Shown here in pieces: positions 9,332-18,600 of a DNA stretch of 64,000 nt (position 1 is the stretch's first letter; every line of letters begins with the position of its first letter). Below the pieces are notes generated by a model. It ran no database searches. It was not told the DNA's origin and worked only from the letters and a program-made list of their open reading frames with translations. The translations under genes were made by a program, and so were the position numbers. Origin of the DNA: Thermoanaerobaculia bacterium. GTDB taxonomy: Bacteria > Acidobacteriota > Thermoanaerobaculia > Multivoradales > UBA5704. The stretch is taken from positions 16,837-80,836 of the forward strand of contig DASYJD010000054.1 in the NCBI GenBank assembly GCA_035996875.1, read 5' to 3'.

Positions 9332-9347
9332 CACGAGGAAAAGCTAG

Positions 9348-9668
9348 ATGTTGACACTTGATTCTCACGATCTGGCACTGGTGGAAGTTGCCCGTGCAGC
9401 GATGAGATCGGCGATCGCTCAAGCGAACAAGCCTAGCGCGGTGGCCAAACGTATAGCAGCGGAAGCAATGAAGCACCGAAACAGAGGCAGAAGGGCGGCA
9501 ATCTTGCGCCATCCATTTAGGGGAATCTGTGAGGCAAGCAGACTGCCTCTCGACCAGAGAGACGCAGTGCTCGATGAACTCGACCCTGCGAAGGGTTACA
9601 CCGGCGAGGTGCGCTGGGTGTGTCCCAAGGCTAACAACAGCGAAAGGCGCAGTTGCGGAAGCTGCTAG
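9348..9668 (+). CDS. Small hypothetical protein, degenerate HNH/His-Me-finger-like C-terminus
   Basis: CEASRLPL...DELDPAKGYTGEVRWVCPKANN resembles the D-R-I-D-x-x-K-G-Y...N-V-x-W-V-C-x-x-x-N HNH-like pattern. Stop lies 3 nt before the attC-like site. Confidence 0.55.
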   Translation: MLTLDSHDLALVEVARAAMRSAIAQANKPSAVAKRIAAEAMKHRNRGRRAAILRHPFRGICEASRLPLDQRDAVLDELDPAKGYTGEVRWVCPKANNSERRSCGSC

Positions 9669-9671
9669 GTC

Positions 9672-9733
9672 GCATAACACAGGGCCTCAACCGGACAGCA
9701 CCGGTTCGCGGTGCCGGTTAGGTAGCGTTATGA
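9672..9733 (+). mobile_element. Integron attC-like recombination site
   Basis: R'' GCATAAC (RYYTAAC type), L'' CTCAAC, stem CCGG-ACAGCACCGGTTCGCGGTG-CCGG, L' GTTAG, R' GTTATGA (GTTRRRY-like). About 62 bp, placed between a stop codon and the next gene. Confidence 0.75.
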
Positions 9734-9761
9734 GGTCAGGGGCTTGCGGGTAACTATCGAC

Positions 9762-10508
9762 ATGAGTGAAATCCTGGAGAACGCACTCGACTCACTTCGT
9801 ATGGCTGTCGGGCACTACAGTGACCAAGAGTTGGAAACGGCAGACAAGTGGGCAATTCTCGAGATGTTCCACGCAATAGAACTGCTACTTAAGGAGCGGC
9901 TACATCGCGAGCATCCACTCTTCATTTACAAGAACATCGACCAGAAGATTGAAGACGATTCGCTCACAGTTGGACTTCGAGAGATCTTGGTTCGTTTTGT
10001 GAACTTAGGCGTTGACATTCCAGCACAGTACCAGAAGATACTTCAGGATCTCCAGAAGCGGCGGAATCGGATCGAGCATCATCGGTTCGTGCCAGCGGAG
10101 AGCCACCAGCATGTACTTGGCGAGGCCCTAAAGTTCATCTCCTACTTCCTGGTGGAACATCTCGAAGAAGAACTGGAGAGTCATCTCCCGGCAGCGCTGT
10201 TCGAGGAGGTTAAGGGTCTTGTGCTCAGCTATGAAGATCTCGTTCACCGTGCGGAGGTTGATGCGGAAGCTGTTCTCCGGCGTTTCGGTCCGAAAGATAG
10301 ACCCGAGATCGAGATCGCAGTATGTCCTGAGTGCGGCAACAGAACACTTGTAATTGGAGCAGGTGAAGACGATGATAAGTGCTACTACTGTGACGAGGAT
10401 GTCGAGGTATGCGCCTGTTCGGAGTGTGGGACCTACCTTGCTCCCGATGAACTGATCGGCACTGGCATTTGCCAGAACTGCTTTAACTACAAGATGGAGC
10501 GTGATTAA
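9762..10508 (+). CDS. HEPN-domain protein with C-terminal zinc ribbon
   Basis: ENALDSL...HAIELLLKERL N-terminus; RNRIEH (R-x4-H HEPN motif); four CxxC pairs (CPEC, CYYC, CSEC, CQNC). Confidence 0.75.
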   Translation: MSEILENALDSLRMAVGHYSDQELETADKWAILEMFHAIELLLKERLHREHPLFIYKNIDQKIEDDSLTVGLREILVRFVNLGVDIPAQYQKILQDLQKRRNRIEHHRFVPAESHQHVLGEALKFISYFLVEHLEEELESHLPAALFEEVKGLVLSYEDLVHRAEVDAEAVLRRFGPKDRPEIEIAVCPECGNRTLVIGAGEDDDKCYYCDEDVEVCACSECGTYLAPDELIGTGICQNCFNYKMERD

Positions 10509-10525
10509 TGCTAGCGTTTTTGATC

Positions 10526-10547
10526 GCCTAACTTGTGAGCTAAAGCG
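10526..10547 (+). mobile_element. Possible truncated attC (left half only)
   Basis: GCCTAAC followed by TTGTGA-GCTAAAGCG, 17 nt after the HEPN stop. No matching GTTAGGC was found downstream. Confidence 0.35.
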
Positions 10548-10583
10548 AGTCCCTGGCAGTGACCTGAGGCCGGTCGGGAGCCG

Positions 10584-11317
10584 CTACTCGATCATGGACA
10601 GCAGCTCAGTAAGATCCGAAGCCAGACCAAAGTGATGGGCGTCCAACTCCCTGTTTCGTTCCACTGCGCCGTCTCGCAATACCTCCTCATATGCGCGCAA
10701 CTGAAACTCGACAATCCGGTTGCCATAGACGATTCCAGCGACACTCAGTCCGCCATCATCTCTGGCAGCGAGCAATGGCGCTCCACTTAATCCACTGGGG
10801 CAGGCGAAGCTAAGGCCGTAGTTAACGCCAAACGGGCGAGGCACGAGCCCATCAAAGTCGGCTCCTCCCCAGTTGGTTCTCACATGGCCACGAAAAAACA
10901 TCTTCTCGATTCTGACCAAATTGCGACCCCCTTCTTGGTGCTTCGCTCCAGAGAAGGGGAATCCGTAACTCGCTGCCGGGTCGCCGAGTTCAAGGCGTTC
11001 TGGTCCCAGCACCATCGGTGTGGCGAAGGTCGGAGCTTTCTCCCGCAAGAAGATGGCAATCGCCAAGTCGGCACTTGATGATAATCGAAGCCACCCCAAG
11101 TGTGCTTAGAATTGTTGGACAGGTCACCGATTCCTACTACGCCGCCTTGGGAGTCCACATCGACAACGTGCCGCGCGGTCACAAAAGCCACGTGCCTTCC
11201 GTGTTCTACGAAGAAGCCAGTGCCCAGGAAGTCCCCATCTCTGGTACGCAGTTCCTGCGCCGCGCCCTTCGTGTGGTAGCGGAACACAGGGAACACCGCT
11301 CGCTTGATGTCGCTCAT
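10584..11317 (-). pseudogene. Trypsin-like serine protease split by a 1-nt frameshift
   Basis: 5' frame MSDIKRAV...GTGFFV...VTARHVV (His). 3' frame SADLAI (Asp)...GLSGAPL (Ser). Restoring one C in CATCAAGT near 11075 gives YHPSADLAI. Confidence 0.75.
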
Positions 11318-11390
11318 GCCCTCATTATCCCTGACCGCCCCATCCACCTCCCAAGGAGAGGGAAACCCGGCTGGGGCGGACTTGCGGTTC

Positions 11391-11460
11391 TCCCTCTTCT
11401 CCCGGCAAGGTGGTGGAGGGGGTCGGGAGAAGAGGGCCGGGGTGATGAGGGTCTTGGGCT
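11391..11460. repeat. Family A repeat, reverse half copy
   Basis: CCCTCTTCTCCCGG...GGGAGAAGAGGGCCGGGGTGATGAGGGTCTTGGG. Confidence 0.85.
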
Positions 11461-11496
11461 AGGGCGCTCTGAGCCACGCCGTGCTACCTTTTTCAA

Positions 11497-12219
11497 GTGT
11501 TTCTGGACCTCCTCGCCGCCTTTCTCCCGGCGCCCGAGCGCGACGCGCTCGTCCGCCGTGGCGCCGAGCCCGCCCACTGGTCTTTCGTCCTGGGTCTTCT
11601 GGAGCTTTTCCTGGGCGTCAAGCTGCTGCTCGACAGCGCCTTGGCCTTCGATCAGGTGCAGAGCGCGGCCATTGCCACGCATCTGCTCGAGAAGGTCGAT
11701 CCGCGCGCGCTCAACAGCTTCGAGGCCAAGCTGGCCGTCACCGAGAGCGGGGCAATCATCTGGCTGGCGTGGGTGGTGCGGCCCACCACCTGGCTCCTGG
11801 CCAGCCTGCCGCTGGTGGGGATCGCGCGGCTGGTGGCCTTCGCCGCCACCGGCGATGCCTTCGGCGAACCTTTCGTCTGGCTGGTGTTGCGGGCGAGACA
11901 GCTCCTGGCGATTCCTGTCCGCTCATTCCGCGGCCGTCTCCGTTTCGGGCCCGAGCGGCCGGACCGCGTGGAGAGCGAGCCCGGGTGCGATCTGGTGGTG
12001 CTGAGCGGACGGCCCAAACCGGAGTGGAACGAGCTCGTGAGCCTCGAGATCGGCGGCCGGTTCTACCGTCTTCTCCGCACCGAGGAACGCCAGGACCGCG
12101 GCTGGTCGGCGATGGCCTACCTGCTGAGGGAGGCCGAGCCCAATGAAGTCCTCCGCGGCCTGCTGCGCTACGATCCTCCCGGGCCGGTTGCAAGCGCCGG
12201 CCCAGGAGGCCTGAAATGA
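11497..12219 (+). CDS. Hypothetical membrane protein
   Basis: 240-aa ORF with several hydrophobic segments and GC-rich codon usage. Its stop overlaps the next start (ATGA). Confidence 0.7.
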   Translation: MFLDLLAAFLPAPERDALVRRGAEPAHWSFVLGLLELFLGVKLLLDSALAFDQVQSAAIATHLLEKVDPRALNSFEAKLAVTESGAIIWLAWVVRPTTWLLASLPLVGIARLVAFAATGDAFGEPFVWLVLRARQLLAIPVRSFRGRLRFGPERPDRVESEPGCDLVVLSGRPKPEWNELVSLEIGGRFYRLLRTEERQDRGWSAMAYLLREAEPNEVLRGLLRYDPPGPVASAGPGGLK

Positions 12220-12674
12220 GCACAAGAGCTTTCTTCCAACTCTCGGCAGTTTTGAGTCTGATCGCCCTACTCGGCTGCGCCGTGCCGTCGCCCGCGGCCG
12301 GCCAAACGCCGGGCAAGGGCGGAGAGGGGATGACACCCATGGATGCTCTGGAGGGGAAGACCTGGACCCTGGTGCAATTCGACGATGGGAGCCTGGCTCC
12401 AGCCGAGCGCGCGATCACCGCGGTCTTCGGGGGCGGAAAAGTCTCCGGCTCCGGCGGCTGCAACCGCTACTCGGCCAGCGTGACTTCCTCGGCGCCGGGA
12501 GCACTCAAGGTGGGCGCGATCTCGGCCACCAAAATGGCCTGCATGGGGGCGGCCGGTACCAACGAGCAGCGTTACTTCGCGGCGTTGGAGAAGGTCGAGA
12601 GTTTCGCGCTCGAAGACGGACGGCTGGTGCTGAACCCGGGCAAGATGGTCTTCAAAGCCGGGGCGCCCCCTTGA
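12216..12674 (+). CDS. META-domain (HslJ-like) lipoprotein
   Basis: Lipobox LLGC; W-x-L; GKVSGSGGCNRY; ATKMAC. Confidence 0.85.
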   Translation: MSTRAFFQLSAVLSLIALLGCAVPSPAAGQTPGKGGEGMTPMDALEGKTWTLVQFDDGSLAPAERAITAVFGGGKVSGSGGCNRYSASVTSSAPGALKVGAISATKMACMGAAGTNEQRYFAALEKVESFALEDGRLVLNPGKMVFKAGAPP

Positions 12675-12736
12675 AGAAAACTGCCCGGCCCCACCTCGGG
12701 GCCGGGCAGACTCGATCGAAGCTTTTTACGGAGTCC

Positions 12737-13513
12737 CTACGGAGTCTCCGCCACGCCGACGGTGTAGGAGCCTCCGGAGCCCGTTCCCCCGTCGATCCGT
12801 ATGAAGTATTGCCCGGCGCCGAGGGTCCAGGGGCCTCGGGCGTCGGCGGCCAGCAGCGTGCCGTCCTCATCATAGAGACCTGCGGCGAGGTCCGAGGCTC
12901 CGGCGACGCTGATCGTCACGGCCGTCTCGGCGTCGAGGGTGAGGGAGAAGACGTCCTGGTCGGTCGCCGGCGAGATCTCTCCCGTCTGTTCCTCGCCCAG
13001 GGCGGTCTCCGTGGCGCAGAGGAAGCTGTCGCCGTGATCATCCTGCGGTCCGAAGCTGCAGACGTCGAAGAAGGTGGCCTGCACCCTCAGGTTGCCTGTG
13101 GCCTCGGTGGGCGGCGTCACCTGCACGCAGTGCACGCCCGGCTGGACCACCAGAGTCAGCGGTTGATGCACTGTGCCGAGCGTGCCGCCATCCTCGAGCA
13201 CGGGCTCGCCGGATTCCGGATCGGCGGCATAGAGCGCTCCCTGGACATCGGAGCCCTCCCCCGACAGCACCAGGATTCCCGGCTGATCGATCATGATCTT
13301 GAGGATGTCGCCGTCCCACTCGTCAACCTTCTTGGTGGTCGAGGCGGTCGCGGCATTGGCGAGCGAGACGCCGCCGCCCGAGGATTGGAGCGCCGCCGTA
13401 CAGTTTTCGAAGGGCTGAGCGCCGGCGGCGGAAACAGACCCGCTGCCCAGCAGAAGGAGGAGCAGACCTGCGAGCCCGAGCGATTCTTGGGGGAATGCGA
13501 ATTTCGTGAACAT
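12737..13513 (-). CDS. Secreted protein with pre-peptidase C-terminal (PPC)-like domains
   Basis: Signal-like LAGLLLLLLGSGSVSA; DDHGDS motif; GEISPATDQDVFSL; GQYFIRI...GSYTV. No catalytic domain recognised. Likely start MFTKFAF at 13513. Confidence 0.7.
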   Translation of the reverse strand: MFTKFAFPQESLGLAGLLLLLLGSGSVSAAGAQPFENCTAALQSSGGGVSLANAATASTTKKVDEWDGDILKIMIDQPGILVLSGEGSDVQGALYAADPESGEPVLEDGGTLGTVHQPLTLVVQPGVHCVQVTPPTEATGNLRVQATFFDVCSFGPQDDHGDSFLCATETALGEEQTGEISPATDQDVFSLTLDAETAVTISVAGASDLAAGLYDEDGTLLAADARGPWTLGAGQYFIRIDGGTGSGGSYTVGVAETP

Positions 13514-13787
13514 ACACTGGTCCCTTTCAGGCCAAAATGGCCCCAAAACGTGAATCGGTTTAAGGTTTTGGGATGTCCCCCGTCGGGGACTTTGCCGATC
13601 GGCCCGTGAGGCGTCCCATGCTCGCCTCAGAGAGGGAGTAACGGGATGTTTGGGGAGATTGGCGGGATTCCGGCGCGGTTTGTGGTGAAAACGAATCACG
13701 CATCGTGACAAGGACCGGGCACTCGCCCGACTGTTCGGCGCCTGAACGCGACAGATTTCTCGCCTCTCCCGAAGGTTGGGCAACGCC

Positions 13788-13890
13788 TGCCCCCACGAGG
13801 GCGACGGCTGCCCCCGCGAGGGCCACGGCTGCCCCTACCGGGGCCACGGTCGGGGGAGCGGTTCCCCCCGCGAGGGCGATGACCGCCCCG
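13788..13890. repeat. Degenerate 21-bp tandem repeat (3-5 units)
   Basis: CTGCCCCCACGAGGGCGACGG / CTGCCCCCGCGAGGGCCACGG / CTGCCCCTACCGGGGCCACGG. Confidence 0.6.
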
Positions 13891-14581
13891 ATGGGGCGTC
13901 GGCGCACCTCCCGGGGGCCAACGCTGCCCTCAGTTCGAGAATGACTCGCCTCCGCTGGGCGACATCGACATTCAAGCGGGAGAAAGCACGAATCTCCCTG
14001 GGTCAAAGCCGCTCCGGGTCAGGCGAGCCGCGCGATCCCGCAAGGCAAGAGGGATTTCCCTTCGTGAAGATCCTGTGTGGGGTGGAAGCCGTTCGAGCGA
14101 GCCGAAGAGCCTTCTGTGAAAAAAAGGGCGATCCCTGCTTGCGGGCAGGAACCGCCTTTGAGAATTGGCGCCATCGGGGACGATCAGGTCCCCTCGGCTG
14201 GTCCCGTTGTCTACAGGGAGACGCGATTTTCCGGCGAGTTGGGGGTCATGCGCGGCGCGGAGAGCAAGGCCTGAAGTGGCCGGTGACCTTTAGATTTAGG
14301 GCCACGGAAGAGGCGGAGCCAGCAGGAGAATGCGATGCGGTTCAAAGCGGAGGAGTAGGAGGGGCGCGGGCGACAGCTCCAGGAGACTGAACCGCATGTC
14401 CGTCCGCGGACTCGAGTCGCCCGGACGGCCCTCAGGTGATGAGCCGGAGATTCCGCCGCCGTGGCGACTCCTCCTCCTCCGGCCATCCCTGCCCGGCCTC
14501 CTCGCGCGGCCTGTCTGCCGGAGAGCTGGAGCTTTGCTCTACGTGCGGTCGGCGCTCGCAGGGGTACTTGTGGAAGTCGTG

Positions 14582-15421
14582 TCAACCTTCGATCACGAAG
14601 GCTTGGGGCATTTTTCTGGTTGATGAGGTGATCAAGTGGCTCCAGGTGCCATTGGCGTTTTTCTTGGAGAGTTGGGCCACGGTAGAGCCGTCTAGCTGCA
14701 TGATTTGGTCCTCAGGGCAACCCTTAGCTTTGAGAATGTTCACTGCCTCTGCCTGGGTCAAGCTCGTAGAAGTAAGAAAGATGACGGTTCCGAAGCCTTG
14801 GTTGTAAGGATTGGCTAACCCTACGTAGTTTCGGCCAAGCCTCGTAGTGGGGCTTTTAGGAAAGCTAGGTTTTAGACCAAGAACCACATCTGGGGCAAGG
14901 ATGGTACTGTTGAACGCCGCCAAGCTAAATGAACTAATGTAGGCCCTTTTCTCCTGGTCACGAATCGTCAACATGAGAAGATCGTTTGTTCCTTCAGCAG
15001 CACTGCAAGCAAATCCATAGGTTGCCCTCCAGGTGTTGACGCGTAGAGGAAATGCGGGGCGCCCGTTATCGTCGTGAAAGCTACCAGAAACCACTACGGA
15101 AGCTGCGTTTGCAGCGCTTTTCTGAGTGAAACCGGCGACGTTCATTGCTTCAAAACGATTGACCCATCCACGGCATCCATTAGTGCCAACATCCTGAGGT
15201 CCCGTACCCAGGATTGGCTTGAGGTGTGCGCCGTTCATCAGGTGAACAGTCGTTGTGTAGGTTGATGCGTAGCCTGTTACGGTTTCTAGGATTACTTTAG
15301 GTTGGGTAGTCGTTTTTTCCTGGAAATCAGCTTGGTCCTGAGCTGGAGCAGCGTAAACCGCCATGAGCAAAAGACCCAATACTACGGGCGCCGCGACCAC
15401 CCGCAAGGTAACTCTTGACAT
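14582..15421 (-). CDS. AT-richer secreted hypothetical protein, C-terminus resembling phosphodiester glycosidase (NAGPA) family
   Basis: Signal peptide ending VYAAPA; LTQAEAVNILKAKGC...IMQLDGSTVAQL resembles the A-x-N-L-D-G-G-G-S family motif. Confidence 0.6.
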   Translation of the reverse strand: MSRVTLRVVAAPVVLGLLLMAVYAAPAQDQADFQEKTTTQPKVILETVTGYASTYTTTVHLMNGAHLKPILGTGPQDVGTNGCRGWVNRFEAMNVAGFTQKSAANAASVVVSGSFHDDNGRPAFPLRVNTWRATYGFACSAAEGTNDLLMLTIRDQEKRAYISSFSLAAFNSTILAPDVVLGLKPSFPKSPTTRLGRNYVGLANPYNQGFGTVIFLTSTSLTQAEAVNILKAKGCPEDQIMQLDGSTVAQLSKKNANGTWSHLITSSTRKMPQAFVIEG

Positions 15422-15698
15422 CTTGCGCCTCGATTTCTTTTCTTGTTCCTCAGTTAATAGATATTTCTCGCCGCCAGCAGGCGGCGAGGGTTCTGGGCGG
15501 ATTCCATTCCCTTACAGAGCAACAGAGAGGCCTTTCTCCCTGCCTCTTCGTCCCTGCCGCCCATTCCGTCCTATCCATAAACGCGAGATTCTTCGAGCGT
15601 AGGGACCATGGTCCGGCTTGCCCGCCAGCCAGAGCTTGAAGTAAGTTATCTGATGCCCTGGAAGGTTCCTACAAGGGGAGAGGGGAGCCTCGATTCCT

Positions 15699-18600
15699 AT
15701 GCATTCCAAATGCTGGGTCCTTATTTGCCTTCTGGCTCAGGCGGCTGCGCCGATGGCCGCCCTCTCAGGCCCTCGCGGCCACTCGTCAGAGGGTACAGCG
15801 GAGCTCAGCGGAATCATCGTGGATGAGGTCGCGCCTGGCTCAGAGATCGAGAAGGCAGGCCTCCGGGCTGGGGACGTGCTGCACCGTTGGGAAAGGCTGT
15901 CTTCACCTCCCGCGAATCCAGAGGCGGCTCAGGGTGTGCTCTCTTCCCCTTTCGATTGGATGTGGCTCGAGGTCGAGCAGGCATACCGGGGTTCGGTGGT
16001 CCTGTACGGTGAAAGGAACGGTGAGCCAAGGGAGTGGCACGTTGCCGCTGGTGAATGGAACGTCCACTTCAACTCCGAGCGGCGCGGCCGGTCGAGAGCT
16101 CGCCCGATCCTTACGTCTCGGAACGCTGCTCTCTACGAGCAGGGCCAACGCCGGATTCGGCGGCGAAAGCTGAGCGAAGGAATAGCAGGCTGGCGACGGT
16201 TGGCCGCGGAGGTCCCGCATCAACAGGGCGATCCCGTTCGGTGCTGGCTGCTGCTGCGCATCGGTGAGGTCTGGGGTGAAGCCGGTAACTGGCCGCGAGC
16301 CCACGAGGCCTTTCAAGAGGCGGCCCAATGGGCCCGGGACAATCGGACCCAGGTATTTATCTGGGAAGCCCTCGGCAAGAGTCTGGAGTACCAGGGCCGA
16401 TTCCGCGAAGCAGAGGACTGCTATCGGGCTGGGCTCACGATTCGGCGGGCGACGGAGCCCAGCAGCCTTGGCCTTGCCCGGAGCCTGCATCAGATCGCCT
16501 CTCAAGAAGTGAGTTTGGGAAACCTGGATGAAGCCAAGGAGGGGTTTGATCAGGCGCTCGCTCTTCGGGCACGCTGGGCACCGGGGAGCTTCCTTGAGGC
16601 GGACAGCCTTCATTCTCAGGGCTTCATCGCGGCCGAACGTTCCGATCTCGAGGGCGCAGAGCAGTTTCTCAAGCAAGCGGTGGCGATCCAGGAACGGCTC
16701 GCCCCCGACAGCTTCTGGATGGCCTTCAAGTTGGAGGGCTTGGGAGACATCTACTCGCTTCGAGGGGACCTCGAAGTGGCGGCACGTCATTTCGAGAGGG
16801 CGCTGGTCATCCGGCAGCGGCTGGTGCCAAACGGCGAGTCCGTAGCCACTGCGCTCATTCGGCTAGGGCGTCTGAAGCTCGACCAAGGGCGGTGGGCGGA
16901 AGCGCGGGCTCTCTTCGAACAAGCGCTGGTCATTCTTCAACGGGTTTTTCCCCGGCATCTCATGATTGCCGCGGTCCTCAACGACTTGGGAGATGCGGCC
17001 CGGGCCGCGGGAGAGCTTGGCCGCGCTGAGACTTCCTATCGACGCGCCCTCGTCCAGTTTTCCGAAGTCGCCCCGGAACGTCCCTGGACGGCGCACAGTT
17101 GGAGCGGATTGGCCGAGGTGGAAACCCGACGGGGGAACTGGAAGGACGCGCTCGTCAACTATCAGAAAGCTCTCGCGATCTATCGGCGCGTGGGCCCCGG
17201 GAGCGACGGCGAAGCCCGCACTCTGGCCGGCCTGGGCCGTATCGCCTGGCGCACGGGCGACTTGAAGCAGGCATCCAGCCGCCTCCACGAGGCGATCCGG
17301 GCCCTCAATGCACAGGTTGGGAGGCTGGGAGGCTCGGAGGATGTAAAGTCAGAGTTCCGCTCTCTCCGGCGCAGGGTCTACTTCGACGCCGCTGCAGTCG
17401 AGCTGGAGTTGGGCCGGAACGAAGAGGCTTTCAACATCCAGGAATCCGCTCGCGCCCAGGGCTTCCTCAGCTTGCTCGCAGCTCGCGATCTCAGTGTCTC
17501 CGACGGGATTCCGCCTGAGCTGGAGGAGGAACGGCGGCGGGTAGGACGCCAGTTCCGGAAAGCGCTTGCGTCTCTCAATTCGATCTCGCCTGGCAAACAG
17601 GACTCCGCGGACGAAGCCTGGCGCAAGCTTCCGATCCTGCGCGAGCAGTTGGACGCCATCTCCCAGCGTGTCCGCAAGCTGTCTCTTCGGCCATCGGCCT
17701 TGCACTTTCCTCACCCCCTGCTCGCAAGCGAGGTCGCCCATGAGCTGGATCCTGGAATGAAAGTCCTTGCTTATCAGGTCGGCGAGACCGCCACTCAGGT
17801 CTTTGTGCTCTCCGGGGACGGACACGTCGCGGCTTTCAGACTTCCAATCGGGGCAGGCGATCTTCAGCGAGAGGTCGAGGGCTTTCGCGCCGTCACGGAG
17901 AACCAGCTCGTTTTCGGAAGTCAGGCGGCCCTGAGACCATTGCGCCAGCTCTACCGGTCCCTCCTGCAACCGGTGGAACCCCTCCTCAATGGCGCTGGCC
18001 GAATTCTGATTCTGCCGGATGGCCCGCTCCATGCCGTGCCCTGGGCAGCCCTGGTTCGCGAGTTGCCGGCCCAAGACCCGCCAAAGGATAGGGACTGGCA
18101 GTTCTTCGTGGAGTGGAAGCCCTTCGCGGTCGCTCTCTCGGCAACCGTCTGGGCCGAGCTGAAGCACTCGCGCGGAAGACCTAACTCGGACTGGAAGGGA
18201 GAACAAGCCGCACTTGGAGGTTCGGTACTACCGATTGCTGCCTTTGGCGATCCTGTTTTTCGACTCGATCCTGAGCCGCTTCCACTTGCCAGCGCGCGGC
18301 TGGTAGGAGCTGTTGGTCGGGGCCTGGCTCTCTCCCCTCTACCATTCTCCCGCCGAGAGGTTGAGAGCATTGCTCAGATCTTTCCCGGGCAGGTTGCGGC
18401 TTTCCTCGGTTCAGAAGCGACCGAGGAACGTGCAAAGAGCCTCCCCAGGGGTACGCGAATCGTCCATTTCGCGACTCATGGCTTTGCCGACGAGCGCTTT
18501 CCAATGAACTCGGGCCTGATGCTCACGACTCCGGATCTCACGGATGAGCATGCAGAGGATGGCTACCTTCAGGCATGGGAGATCTTCGAGCGAGTGCGTT

